Below, piece by piece: positions 7,795 through 17,747 of a stretch of 64,000 nucleotides of DNA. Source of the DNA: a virus; the IMG/VR virus record IMGVR_UViG_3300045941_000223, positions 13,255-77,254 of that record; one strand, written 5' to 3'. Under the pieces are notes generated by a model. That model did not search any database, was not told where the DNA came from, and saw only the letters and a list, made by a program, of their open reading frames with translations. How positions within the stretch are numbered: the stretch's first letter is position 1; each line of letters opens with the position of its first letter. Made by a program: the position numbers and the translations under genes.

Positions 7795-10050
7795 ATGCCG
7801 ATGAAGCCAAAGGATGGCGAGAGCCGATCGGATTTTCTCAGCCGCTGCGTCCCCGAGATGATGGGTGACGGGAAGCGCGAGAAGGATCAGGCGGTCGCAG
7901 CCTGCATCAGCATGTACGGGCAGAAGGGATACCTCGAAGCGGGCGGGCACTGTGAGCCAGAGCCCGGCGAGGACTACAACGATTTCATCGAACGCTGCAT
8001 CGATGAAGGTGGCGACGAAGAAGAGTGCCACCTGATCTGGGAAGACGAGGGCGAGAAGTCCGCCAGCGGCCGTCGCCTCAAGCACAAGACGCACGCGTCG
8101 CCGAGCGAGAGCGGGATGATGTTCATCCTGAGCGACGACACGCCCGATCGGATGGGCGACGTGATCGTGGCCGAGGGCTGGGATCTTACGAACTTTCGAA
8201 AAAATCCCGTGGCTCTCTTCAATCACAATCCGGATTTTGTGATCGGCATGTGGAAGTCGTTGTGGATCGAAGGCAATTCTCTGCGCGGGCATCTGCAGCT
8301 CGCGCCCGAGGGAACCTCCGCTCGCATCGACGAGATCCGCAAGCTGGTCGATGCAGGAATCTTGCGTGCCACTTCGGTCGGCTTCCGTCCGATCGACAGT
8401 GAACCGCGCAAGTCGTCGGAGCCGATGGGCGGCATCACCTACAAGCGTTGCGAGCTGATCGAGACCTCACTGGTCGCGGTGCCAGCCAACCCCAACGCTC
8501 TGGCGGTCGCCAAGTCACTCCGCGTTTCGTCCGGGACGATCGATCTCGTTTTTGCCAAGCACGGCAAGGGAAACGGGAACGCTCGCCGGGGCGCTCACGG
8601 CAAGCACGCCGACACGTCTCGAAGTGGAAAGTCCAAAGCCATGACTACACTGGCGCAACGCGTCACAGACGCACAGGCCCGGTTGCTGAACTTGCGTGAC
8701 CAGCTCACCGAGCATCTGAAGTCCGTCGATGACACTGCCGTCACCGACGAGCAGATCACGCTCACCAACGAACTCAATGCCAAGATCACGCAGGAAGAGA
8801 AGGGGCTTGGCGCTCTGCGTGACGCCGAAGCGAGGCTGGCCAGCGCGGCCAACAACGCCAGCGGCGGCGGCGACGGCGGTAACGGTGGCGGCACCGTCGT
8901 GAAGAATGGCGGCAGCGTCGATACCGCCAAGCGGCCGTTCGGCCTGCCGGTGCGCAAGATGGACCCGCTCGAATATCTCGTTCGCGCGGGCACCGTGCGC
9001 TATATGTCGAAGGTCACCGGCGACAGCATCGACGTTTGCCGACAGAAGATTTACGGCAACGACGAAGCCACCAAGGTGATCGTCGATTACTGCGCCAAGG
9101 CGGCAAGCGCTCCAGCGTTGACCACGGTTGCGGGCTGGGCGGCCGAGCTGGTCCAGCAGGTCAACGCGTCGTTCATGGAAACCCTGCAGCCGCAGGCGGT
9201 GTTTCCGCAGTTGTCGGCACTCGGCATGTCGCTGAGCTTCGGGCGCAACGGTCGCATCGCCGTTCCGACTCGGGCGGCGACGCCGACCATCGCGGGATCG
9301 TTCGTCGGTGAAGGTCAGCCGATCCCGGTCCGTCAGGCCGCATTCTCGTCGGTGCTCTTGACCCCCAAGAAAATGGCCGTGATCACCAGTTGGTCCAGAG
9401 AGATTGACGAGCATTCGGTGCCCGCGATCGAGGGCTTGCTGCGCAACGCGATCCAAGAGGACACCGCGGTGTCGATCGACTCGGTGCTGCTCGACAGCAA
9501 CGCGGCGACCGCCATCCGTCCGGCTGGCATTCGCAACGGCGTGGTCGGTCTCACGCCGACCGCGGGCGGCGGGTTCGCCGCACTGGTGGGCGATATCAAG
9601 CAGCTCACCGGCGCACTGCTGACGGCCACCAACGGCAACATCCGCAACATGGCCTTCATCATGAACCCGCAGCAGGCGCTGAGCATCAGCCTGATCCAGC
9701 CACCAGTCCCGGGCGGGCTGTTCCCGTTTGCCGACGAAGTGGCGGCCGGGCGGTTGCGCGGTGCCAAGCTGATCACGTCCGGCACCGTGCCGGTCTCCAC
9801 CGTGATCTGCATCGACGCTGCGGACTTCGTGGTGGTCGGAGGCGAAGCCCCTCGCTTCGAGATCAGCGATCAGGCGACGCTTCATATGGAGGATACGACT
9901 CCGCTGCCGATCGTCGCGGGCACCACCGCTGCCGATCCGACGCGTTCGTTGTGGCAGACGGATTCGCTCGCTCTGAGGCTCATCCTTCCTCTGAATTGGG
10001 CTCTCAGGCGCACCGGCACCGTCTCTTGGCTCACCGCGGTCACGTGGTGA
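7795..10050 (+). CDS. Fused HK97-family prohead protease and major capsid protein
   Basis: DRMGDVI...KNPVALFNH...ATSVGF...ETSLVAVPANPNA (protease); C-terminal VGEGQPIP...LTPKKMAVI (capsid). Confidence 0.92.
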   Translation: MPMKPKDGESRSDFLSRCVPEMMGDGKREKDQAVAACISMYGQKGYLEAGGHCEPEPGEDYNDFIERCIDEGGDEEECHLIWEDEGEKSASGRRLKHKTHASPSESGMMFILSDDTPDRMGDVIVAEGWDLTNFRKNPVALFNHNPDFVIGMWKSLWIEGNSLRGHLQLAPEGTSARIDEIRKLVDAGILRATSVGFRPIDSEPRKSSEPMGGITYKRCELIETSLVAVPANPNALAVAKSLRVSSGTIDLVFAKHGKGNGNARRGAHGKHADTSRSGKSKAMTTLAQRVTDAQARLLNLRDQLTEHLKSVDDTAVTDEQITLTNELNAKITQEEKGLGALRDAEARLASAANNASGGGDGGNGGGTVVKNGGSVDTAKRPFGLPVRKMDPLEYLVRAGTVRYMSKVTGDSIDVCRQKIYGNDEATKVIVDYCAKAASAPALTTVAGWAAELVQQVNASFMETLQPQAVFPQLSALGMSLSFGRNGRIAVPTRAATPTIAGSFVGEGQPIPVRQAAFSSVLLTPKKMAVITSWSREIDEHSVPAIEGLLRNAIQEDTAVSIDSVLLDSNAATAIRPAGIRNGVVGLTPTAGGGFAALVGDIKQLTGALLTATNGNIRNMAFIMNPQQALSISLIQPPVPGGLFPFADEVAAGRLRGAKLITSGTVPVSTVICIDAADFVVVGGEAPRFEISDQATLHMEDTTPLPIVAGTTAADPTRSLWQTDSLALRLILPLNWALRRTGTVSWLTAVTW

Positions 10051-10125
10051 TTTGGCAAACGGTTTGGCAAACGGAACATTTTGTTCGCGTTTGTTCGCTT
10101 TGCGTACAGCTCCGTGTGCCAAATC
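10049..10125 (+). promoter_or_regulatory. Intergenic stem-loop element after the capsid gene
   Basis: TTTGGCAAACGG twice in direct repeat, an inverted copy CCGTGTGCCAAATC, and an inner hairpin GAACA-TTT-TGTTC. Confidence 0.45.
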
Positions 10126-10161
10126 TGATCTGAACTTCGAACGATCGGAAAGGAGATCATC

Positions 10162-10446
10162 ATGGCCGATCAAGCAGAGACCGCGGCGAGGAAAGTCATC
10201 GCGGAAAACAAGGCAGCCCGCACAGCGGCGGTGAAGGAGGGCAACCCGGCAGAGGGGAGCACGCCGACGCCGACGCAGGAAGAGAACGATCTCGCCAAGC
10301 TCGGCGTGGTCGTTGATCCGAAGGCCGACGACGGTTCCGGACCGGAGATGCAGATGCAGATGGTCCGGCGGACAGTCGAGGCCAAGCCAGCGCAGGCTGG
10401 CTACGCCACCCGCAGCGTCGCACCAGCTTCAAAGCCGAAGGAATGA
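10162..10446 (+). CDS. head-region hypothetical protein
   Basis: SD AAGGAG; PTPTQEENDLA motif; lies between capsid and portal. Confidence 0.7.
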   Translation: MADQAETAARKVIAENKAARTAAVKEGNPAEGSTPTPTQEENDLAKLGVVVDPKADDGSGPEMQMQMVRRTVEAKPAQAGYATRSVAPASKPKE

Positions 10447-11903
10447 GCAGAGTTCGTAGGCTCATATCTCGTCTCGGCGGCGCGTTGGTTCAGCGCGCCG
10501 CCGAAGGCGAATATCGCCCCGGTCCGTACCATCTTCCGGTCACGGGCGGCTGGCTCAGCGCCGAGGCCGGTCAGTACTGGAATTGGTGGCAGAACGGATA
10601 CGATGTCGAAAGCCGATCGAGTCAGTCGGCCATGGTCGAGGCGTGCGTCTCGGCCTACGCACAGACCGTTGCAATGTGCCCGGGGGATCACTGGCGCGCG
10701 AACACCAAGGGCGGACGCGACCGGATCATCAACTCGTCGCTCTCGCGCGTGCTGCGCAAGCCGAACTACTACCAGAGCATGAGCGACTTCATGCTCAATG
10801 CCACCCGCTCGCTCTATCTCGACGGCAATGCCTATGCGCTGGCGGTGCGCAATGATCGCTACGAGATCGTCGAATTGCACCTGATGGACCCGCGCCAGTC
10901 CACTCCGATGGTCGCGCGCCAGACCGGCGATGTGTTCTATCGCTTGGGCGGCAATGACGTGATCGATTACCGGCTCGGCTATCAGCTCGGTTACGAAGAG
11001 ACGCTGGTGCCGATGCGCGACGTGCTGCACATCCGGCTGCACAGCGGCAAACGGCATCCGCGCCCGTTGTTGGGCGAGTCGCCATTGACTGCGGCGCTGG
11101 CCGATCTGGCGGCATCGTCGGCGATCCTCGATCAGCAGATCCAGTTCTACATGAACCAAGCGCGGCCGAGCGCCGTGCTGTCCACCGATCTGGTGCTCTC
11201 GCCCGAGCAGACGGCGGCGCTGCGGGATCGCTGGAACGAGCAGGCCAAGGGGCTGTGCTCCGGTGGCGTTCCGATCCTGACCGCCGGGCTGAAGGTGCAG
11301 CCGTGGGGGCAGAGCCCGAAGGACTCCGAGCTGGCGGAAGTGATGAAGCTGACCGATCAGAAGATCGCGCTCGCCTTCCGCGTTCCGTTGCAGATCCTTG
11401 GGCTCGGCGGACCGGCATCGTCCACCGAGATGATGATGCAATCGTGGATCGCCACCGGTCTCGGCTTTGCGCTGAACCACATCGAGGAATCATTCGGCCT
11501 GCTGTTCGAGTTGCGCGGTCAGCCCGACGAGTACGTGGAGTTCGATACCGCAGCATTGCTGCGCACCGCCTTCAAGGATCGCATCGACGCGCTGGTGCGC
11601 GGTGTGCAGGGCGGCGTCATGGCTCCGAACGAGGCCCGAAATCTCGAAGGCTACGATTCCGTACCGCATGGATCGGAGCCGAGAGTGCAGCAGCAGGTTG
11701 TCCCGCTTTCGGCTGCGGCAGCAATTCCTGCCGCGCCGCCGTCACCCGGACAGCCGTCGTCTGCTGCGCAGAAGATCACCGAAGAGAAGCCCGAACCCAA
11801 GCCCGAGCCGAAACCGGCGAAGGACTATGCAAATGACCTCCAACGGGAAATCCGAAACATTCGGTCAGCCGCCGAGCGAATCGCACGCCGACGTACTGCT
11901 TGA
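10443..11903 (+). CDS. HK97-family portal protein
   Basis: VEACV...KPNYYQS...LYLDGNAYA...DVLHIR...GESPL...IALAFRVP...NEARNLEG. Confidence 0.92.
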   Translation: MSRVRRLISRLGGALVQRAAEGEYRPGPYHLPVTGGWLSAEAGQYWNWWQNGYDVESRSSQSAMVEACVSAYAQTVAMCPGDHWRANTKGGRDRIINSSLSRVLRKPNYYQSMSDFMLNATRSLYLDGNAYALAVRNDRYEIVELHLMDPRQSTPMVARQTGDVFYRLGGNDVIDYRLGYQLGYEETLVPMRDVLHIRLHSGKRHPRPLLGESPLTAALADLAASSAILDQQIQFYMNQARPSAVLSTDLVLSPEQTAALRDRWNEQAKGLCSGGVPILTAGLKVQPWGQSPKDSELAEVMKLTDQKIALAFRVPLQILGLGGPASSTEMMMQSWIATGLGFALNHIEESFGLLFELRGQPDEYVEFDTAALLRTAFKDRIDALVRGVQGGVMAPNEARNLEGYDSVPHGSEPRVQQQVVPLSAAAAIPAAPPSPGQPSSAAQKITEEKPEPKPEPKPAKDYANDLQREIRNIRSAAERIARRRTA

Positions 11904-13428
11904 TGCGTGGCGCGAGGCGCTGGCTGGCATCCTCGAAGAAGAGCGGCGCGAGTGGCGTCGCGAACGCGAGCTGATCGAAGAGCAGTCGCGGCGGATGATC
12001 GCCGAGCTGCGCATTGAATTCACCGCCCTGCATTCGAACTTCGTCAGCGGCGTCACCGAGCTGATGAAGTCGGTGCGCGACGGTATCGATGGACAACCGG
12101 GGGCGGCAGGTGCGGAAGGTCCGGCAGGACCGGAAGGACCGGCGGGAGCTGCGGGGGAGAGGGGCCCGGCTGGCGAGCGCGGCGACGCTGGCCCGCCGGG
12201 TCTTCCCGGCGAGAAAGGCGACAAGGGTGAGCCCGGCGAGATCGGTGAGCAGGGAGAGCCCGGTGAGTGGGGTGAGAAGGGCGAGCCCGGCGCAACCGGC
12301 GAGAAGGGATTGCCCGGTGAGAAGGGCGAGCGTGGCGACAAGGGCGAGCGCGGCGACAAGGGCGATCGTGGCGACCCCGGGCCGCAGGGTCTGGTCGGCC
12401 TGATCGGCGCAGTCGGCGAGCGCGGCGAGCGCGGTGACAGAGGCGAGAAGGGCGAACTCGGTCCGCAGGGCGTGCGCGGCGAGCGCGGCGAGAAGGGTGA
12501 GAAAGGCGAGAAGGGTGTGCAAGGTGCGCCCGGTATGCCCGGGGTGCGCGGCGACAAAGGCGAGCGCGGCGAGAAGGGTCTGCCCGGCGACAAGGGCGAG
12601 AATGGTCTGAACGGCGTCGGCGAGAAGGGCGAGCGCGGCGAACGTGGCGAGAAGGGCGAGCGCGGCGATATCGGTGCGCAGGGCCCGGTCGGACTGATCG
12701 GCACCAAGGGTGATCCGGGTGAGCGTGGCGAGAAGGGCGAGAAAGGCGACCGTGGCGATGTCGGTCTGCAGGGCCTGATCGGTCCGATCGGCACCAAGGG
12801 CGACAAGGGCGAGCGCGGCGAGAAGGGTGATCCGGGCCCGCGTGGTGAGCATGGCCAGCGCGGTGAGAAGGGTGAGCGTGGCGAGCAGGGCATCCGCGGC
12901 GAGCGCGGCGAGCTGCCGCCGGTGCGCGAATTCAAGTCCGGGCAGGTGACCTATCGCGGCGAGTGCATCACGCACGCGGGCGCGACGTGGCAGGCTCGCA
13001 AGGATACCGGTGCCTGTCCGCCGCATGCCGACTTCGTCTGTCTGGCACTGGCCGGGCTCGACGGCGCGAGCCCCGAGATCCGCGGCACCTATTCCGATGA
13101 GATCGCCGACTACAAGCGGCTCGATATCGTGGTGCTCAATGGCGGCTCGTTCATCGCCCGCAAGGATCGCCCCGGGCCGTGCCCGGGTCCGGACTGGCAA
13201 CTGATTGCCCGGCAGGGCCAGCGTGGCGACAGGGGCGAGAAGGGCGAGCGCGGTCAGGTCGGACCGGTCGGCGCGATGGGCGTGGCCGGGAAGGATGCCC
13301 CGGCCGTCACCGGCTGGCAGCTCGACCGCAAGACCTTCACCGCCACCCCGGTGATGAGCGACGGCAGCCCCGGACCGCGGCTGGAGCTGCGGGCGCTGTT
13401 CGAGGAATTCGAGACCGAGATCCGATGA
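11827..13428 (+). CDS. Collagen-like (Gly-X-Y) virion protein
   Basis: Coiled-coil N-terminus, about 90 mostly charged G-X-Y triplets (about 12080-12910), then carbohydrate-binding-like C-terminal modules. Confidence 0.85.
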   Translation: MQMTSNGKSETFGQPPSESHADVLLDAWREALAGILEEERREWRRERELIEEQSRRMIAELRIEFTALHSNFVSGVTELMKSVRDGIDGQPGAAGAEGPAGPEGPAGAAGERGPAGERGDAGPPGLPGEKGDKGEPGEIGEQGEPGEWGEKGEPGATGEKGLPGEKGERGDKGERGDKGDRGDPGPQGLVGLIGAVGERGERGDRGEKGELGPQGVRGERGEKGEKGEKGVQGAPGMPGVRGDKGERGEKGLPGDKGENGLNGVGEKGERGERGEKGERGDIGAQGPVGLIGTKGDPGERGEKGEKGDRGDVGLQGLIGPIGTKGDKGERGEKGDPGPRGEHGQRGEKGERGEQGIRGERGELPPVREFKSGQVTYRGECITHAGATWQARKDTGACPPHADFVCLALAGLDGASPEIRGTYSDEIADYKRLDIVVLNGGSFIARKDRPGPCPGPDWQLIARQGQRGDRGEKGERGQVGPVGAMGVAGKDAPAVTGWQLDRKTFTATPVMSDGSPGPRLELRALFEEFETEIR

Positions 13429-13559
13429 CAATCCCGTTGGGTCGTGGGCGGCTGAACATCCGGCGCGAGACCGCGACCGTGATGTTCTCCGAACGGTATG
13501 GGCTGGTACCGAGCATCGTCGTTCTCGGCTTCCGGTTCACTTGGCGAAAGAAGCGCTGA
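13425..13559 (+). CDS. 44-aa coupled ORF
   Basis: ATGA and TGATG overlaps with both neighbours. Confidence 0.35.
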   Translation: MTIPLGRGRLNIRRETATVMFSERYGLVPSIVVLGFRFTWRKKR

Positions 13560-14212
13560 TGGCCGACGTAACCGTCAAGATCCTGCAGGCGGCCAGCTCC
13601 TACGCGTTCATGACGCTGGAAGAGGCCAAGACCTTTCTCGGCATTCCGGCGGTCGATACCAGCGGCGACGCCCAGCTCCAGATGCTGATCGACCAGCAGT
13701 CGGCGTGGCTCGCCACCGAGGCCAACCGGCAATTCGCCTACGAGCACGTGCGCGAGACGTGGCGCTGGATCGATTGCCCGCCGCAGAGCCCGCGCATCTA
13801 TCTCACGCACTGGCCGGTCAAGGAGGACGATATCGAGAGCGTCGAGTCGCCGGAAGGCGTGGTGCTCGATCCCAGCATGTACGAGATCGAGGAAGAGAGC
13901 GGCAAGATCACCATCCTCGACGGCATGTGGGAATCGCCGACCGTTATCACCTATTGGGGCGGATATCTGCTGCCGATCGAGGCCCCGGCGGCACTCAAGC
14001 AAGCGCTCGGCATCGCGCTGCGCAGCGCCCGCACCGAAGCCGCGCAGGCCGCGGTCGCCGGTATCCGCTCGCTCAGCCACAAGGAAGCGCGGGTGATGTT
14101 CTTCGACCCGAACGCCCGTGGCGGCAGTGGGGCGACCGGCGGCGGCTTGACCACGCAGCAGATGAGTTCAGTGAAGAGCCTGCTCAGCCACTACATGCGG
14201 TATCCGGTCTGA
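13559..14212 (+). CDS. head-tail connector (gp6/gp15-like)
   Basis: MTLEEAKTFLGI...DAQLQMLI...TYWGGY...APAALKQA. Confidence 0.75.
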   Translation: MADVTVKILQAASSYAFMTLEEAKTFLGIPAVDTSGDAQLQMLIDQQSAWLATEANRQFAYEHVRETWRWIDCPPQSPRIYLTHWPVKEDDIESVESPEGVVLDPSMYEIEEESGKITILDGMWESPTVITYWGGYLLPIEAPAALKQALGIALRSARTEAAQAAVAGIRSLSHKEARVMFFDPNARGGSGATGGGLTTQQMSSVKSLLSHYMRYPV

Positions 14213-14673
14213 TGGCTGACGGCATCCCGGTCCCGGGCATTCTGATCGTGGTCGATAACGCTCCGGTCGGCGAGCAGGTCACCGACCTGATCAACTACCT
14301 GAACTATGAATTGCCGGAAGGCATCGTGCGCGAAATGCGGACGTGGGAAACCGAGGACATGAACCGGCAGTATCCGAACTCGGAAATGTTGGCCGGGCAG
14401 GAAGCCTCAGTCCCGGTCCTGACGCCGCGGATGGCGAGCGTCGGTCATGGGGAAACGGGAGGCGGGGATTTCGTTCCGCCCCGCCAATATCAGACGCGCG
14501 TCTGGCCGCGCTCGCGCAAGGACTTATTGCGGGCCCGCGGCAGCAAGTTCCGCCCACGTGTCCGCCAGCGCGTTGGCATACGCCGACCGATCCTGCGACC
14601 GCAGATGTGGGACATGCTGGTCGATCGCATGCGGACATTGCTCAGCAAGACGATTGATCTCGCATGGCGGTAG
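14212..14673 (+). CDS. neck/morphogenesis hypothetical protein
   Basis: TGATG coupling; C-terminal RPILRP motif. Confidence 0.6.
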   Translation: MADGIPVPGILIVVDNAPVGEQVTDLINYLNYELPEGIVREMRTWETEDMNRQYPNSEMLAGQEASVPVLTPRMASVGHGETGGGDFVPPRQYQTRVWPRSRKDLLRARGSKFRPRVRQRVGIRRPILRPQMWDMLVDRMRTLLSKTIDLAWR

Positions 14674-15026
14674 ATTTCGGAACGCTGATCTATGCGCCCA
14701 ATTTCGATATGTGGGCGATCCCGGTGACGTTCTATCCGATCGTCTCGATCCCACTGCAGGGCAGCTACGCCGCCCGCGGGATCTTCGACACCCGGCAGCT
14801 CGACGTGCTGGCGCTCGACGGATCGATCGTGTCGGAGCAGCGCACCATCCTCGATATCCTGAACTCGGAATTCTCCGTCATCCCGATGCAGGGCGACCGA
14901 GTCGATATCCCGACCGACAGTAATCACCAAGTCCACGGCATGTTCGAGATCACCGACGCGTCCTACAACGCAGGCGGCGAAACCACGCTCACGCTGAAGG
15001 AAGTGATGGTTCGCCAGTCGCCGTGA
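14664..15026 (+). CDS. head-tail joining protein (FII-like)
   Basis: ARGIFD...PMQGDRVDI...GGETTLTL; position in the operon. Confidence 0.7.
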   Translation: MAVDFGTLIYAPNFDMWAIPVTFYPIVSIPLQGSYAARGIFDTRQLDVLALDGSIVSEQRTILDILNSEFSVIPMQGDRVDIPTDSNHQVHGMFEITDASYNAGGETTLTLKEVMVRQSP

Positions 15027-15727
15027 GCATCAGCGACGATCAGAGCTACACGTTGATTCTGCGCGACGTGTTGTTCGCCAAGGTCGCGGTGTTGCCGCCG
15101 TTCGCCACCTTCACCAAGCGGCGCACCAAGATGGTGCCGGTGCAGCCGCATCTGCTGCCCTATCTCGGGGTCTACATCATCGACGAGAGCATGGTGCCGG
15201 ACGGCGACTTCAACGCCGGGAACATCCGCTTCAATCACACCGCGCGCATCGGCTTCTCGGTGATCATGGCCAACAATGATCAGGTCGTTCTCGAAACCAA
15301 ACTGGATGCTGCTTTTTGGGCGATCATGAATGGTGTCTGGAAAGACCCGTGGCTCACCAACATGCTCGACACCACGCGCTACGGGCAGACGCATCCGAGC
15401 AATCCCGACAACACCCGGCTTGAAGGCGTCACCCGCGGCAGTCGCAAGCACGTATTCGGCAACGCCGGTCTGAACAACGAGATGCCGATCGGCGAGCTGC
15501 AGTACGACGTTTCGATCTTCTACCGGACCATCTTTGCGCCGGTGATCACCGACGATCTGCTCTTGATCCACGTCGAAACCGCGTTCCCGTCCGGCGGCAC
15601 GCCCGACGAGATCGCCGCGGTCCAGCAGGTCATCGCCAAGTACGAGTTCTCTCCGATCGGCACCGATTCCGTGGCGCTGGTGGCGGTCGAGCAACCTGAC
15701 AGCGCCGCGTTCTCAGGCAGCACATAG
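15023..15727 (+). CDS. tail terminator/completion-like protein
   Basis: LPYLGVYIIDE motif; position before the sheath. Confidence 0.6.
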   Translation: MSISDDQSYTLILRDVLFAKVAVLPPFATFTKRRTKMVPVQPHLLPYLGVYIIDESMVPDGDFNAGNIRFNHTARIGFSVIMANNDQVVLETKLDAAFWAIMNGVWKDPWLTNMLDTTRYGQTHPSNPDNTRLEGVTRGSRKHVFGNAGLNNEMPIGELQYDVSIFYRTIFAPVITDDLLLIHVETAFPSGGTPDEIAAVQQVIAKYEFSPIGTDSVALVAVEQPDSAAFSGST

Positions 15728-15738
15728 GAGGCAGCGTC

Positions 15739-16038
15739 ATGCCCGAGCAGGCACAGGACGAGCACAGCAAGATGGTGCGCGAACGTGAAGTCCGTCGTCG
15801 CGAGCGGCTGAAGGAGATGACCCGGGTGAGCCAGATTCAGCGGGTGAAGGTCATCCCGGCCACCGACGAAATCCGCAAGTACGTGAAGCATCCGACCGGC
15901 ATCAAGTTCGGCAAGTCGGGACCGGCGGAATGGCCGATGGACGGCTTCACCCGAAAACGGATTCGGGAGGGCGCGGTCAAGCTCGAAGGCGAACCGGCGA
16001 AGGCAGCGGCCGAGAAGCGTGCGCCGCGCGCCAGCTAA
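15739..16038 (+). CDS. DUF2635-like small tail protein
   Basis: VKHPTG...WPMDGFTRKRIREGAV, directly before a Mu-type sheath. Confidence 0.6.
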   Translation: MPEQAQDEHSKMVREREVRRRERLKEMTRVSQIQRVKVIPATDEIRKYVKHPTGIKFGKSGPAEWPMDGFTRKRIREGAVKLEGEPAKAAAEKRAPRAS

Positions 16039-16078
16039 ACGGAACGGGAAACAAGCACGAATAGAACAGGAGGCATGA

Positions 16079-17689
16079 ATGCCTATCTCATTTGCTCAGA
16101 TCCCACAGGAAATCAAAGTCCCGCTCTATTGGGTCGAGGTCGATCCGAGCAAGGCGGGGCTTCCGACCATCCGCCAGCCCGCGCTCTTGGTCGGCTCGAT
16201 GCTCTCGACCGGCACGGCACCGCCGAACCAGCCGATTGCGATCGGCACGCAGGCGCAGGCCGACGACCGCTTCGGACAAGGCTCCGAGCTGGCCAATATG
16301 TTCAAGAGCTTCTTCCACAACCAGTTCTCCGGAGAGGTATGGGGAGCTGGCGTTCCCGAGACCTCGCTGGGTGCCGGTACGCTTCAAGCGGCGAGTGGAA
16401 CGATCGTCGTCACCGCGCCGCCGACCGCAGCCGGAACGATCCACTTGTACGTCGCGGGTGAGCACATCCCGATCAACTGCGGTCCGTCAGACACGATCGA
16501 TGCCATCGCAGCCTTCATCGCGGAAGCGATCAACGACGATCTCAATCTGCCGGTGTCGGCGACTGTCGCGACTGCGACGGTGACGGTGACGTGCCTGTGG
16601 AAGGGCATCACCGGCAACGATATCTCGCTGATGCTGAACTACTTCGGTGCGATCGGCGGACAGGAAGGTCCGCAGGGGCTGGTGCTCACCATGCCTGCGA
16701 CTGGCTACCTCACTGGTGGCAACGGCGTTCCGGATTGGAACCCCGGACCACCCCCGGCCGATCCCACCGTGATCGACAATATGGGCGAGCAGGAATTCGA
16801 GTATGTCGCGCTCGCGTGGACCGACACCGAAACGCTGCAGGCGTGGGATCTGGAGTACGGCTTCACCGACAACGGCCGGTGGGGCTGGCGTCGTCAGCTC
16901 TTCGGCCACATCTTCACGGCCAAGCGTGGCCTCTACTCCGATCTGATTACGTGGGGCTTGAACCCTGCGATGGGCCGTAACTCGGGCGTGATCTCGACGA
17001 TGGCGGTCGAGACGAAGAGCCCGACGCCGGTGTACGAGTGGGCCGCGGCTTACACCGCCAAGGCACAGCGTGCGCTGATCAACGACCCGGCGCGACCGCT
17101 GCAAACGCTGTCGCTCACTGCCGTCAAGCCTGCACCGTTGCACGACCGGTTCAGCTTCGTGGAGCTGAACTCGCTCGCGGGCAGCGGGTTCGCAATTCAG
17201 AAGGCGGGATCGGACGGCTATCCGATGATCGCCCGGGAGCAGACGACGTACCAATGGAACTTGTACGGTCAGGGCGACGACGCCTACGAGCTGGTCACCA
17301 CGTTGGCCACCTTGGCGAAGCTGCTACGCAATCAGCGGCACGCAATCACCACCAAGTTCCCGCGACACAAATTGGCCAACGATGGCACTAGATTTGGGCC
17401 CGGCCAAGCAATCGTGACGCCGGGAATAATCAAGGGCGAGTTGATCGCACAGTATAGGCAGGACGAATACAATGGTCTTGTAGAAGATACACGCAATTTC
17501 AAGCGTCATCTTCTGGTGGAAAGAGACCCGAATAACCCCAACCGGGTAAATGTACTGTATCCGCCTGACTTGATCAACCAGCTCCGGATCTTCGCGGTGC
17601 TGGCGCAATTCCGCCTGCAGTACGACCGCGGCATCGATGTCGAGATCATCGGCCCGCTGACTTCGACCGCGATCACCGGTCGGCTCTAA
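16079..17689 (+). CDS. Mu gpL-like contractile tail sheath protein
   Basis: ISFAQIP...VPLYWVEVD...FGQGSELA...DPARPLQTL...PPDLINQLRIFA. Confidence 0.93.
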   Translation: MPISFAQIPQEIKVPLYWVEVDPSKAGLPTIRQPALLVGSMLSTGTAPPNQPIAIGTQAQADDRFGQGSELANMFKSFFHNQFSGEVWGAGVPETSLGAGTLQAASGTIVVTAPPTAAGTIHLYVAGEHIPINCGPSDTIDAIAAFIAEAINDDLNLPVSATVATATVTVTCLWKGITGNDISLMLNYFGAIGGQEGPQGLVLTMPATGYLTGGNGVPDWNPGPPPADPTVIDNMGEQEFEYVALAWTDTETLQAWDLEYGFTDNGRWGWRRQLFGHIFTAKRGLYSDLITWGLNPAMGRNSGVISTMAVETKSPTPVYEWAAAYTAKAQRALINDPARPLQTLSLTAVKPAPLHDRFSFVELNSLAGSGFAIQKAGSDGYPMIAREQTTYQWNLYGQGDDAYELVTTLATLAKLLRNQRHAITTKFPRHKLANDGTRFGPGQAIVTPGIIKGELIAQYRQDEYNGLVEDTRNFKRHLLVERDPNNPNRVNVLYPPDLINQLRIFAVLAQFRLQYDRGIDVEIIGPLTSTAITGRL

Positions 17690-17747
17690 GTTTTCCGGTC
17701 ATCGGAAAACTTCCCTCACCACTCAAATACTGTCGGAGTAACGAACC

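Noticed and set aside
10083-10096. Alphaproteobacterial LexA box
   Set aside because: GTTC-N6-GTTC rather than N7; better explained as part of a hairpin.
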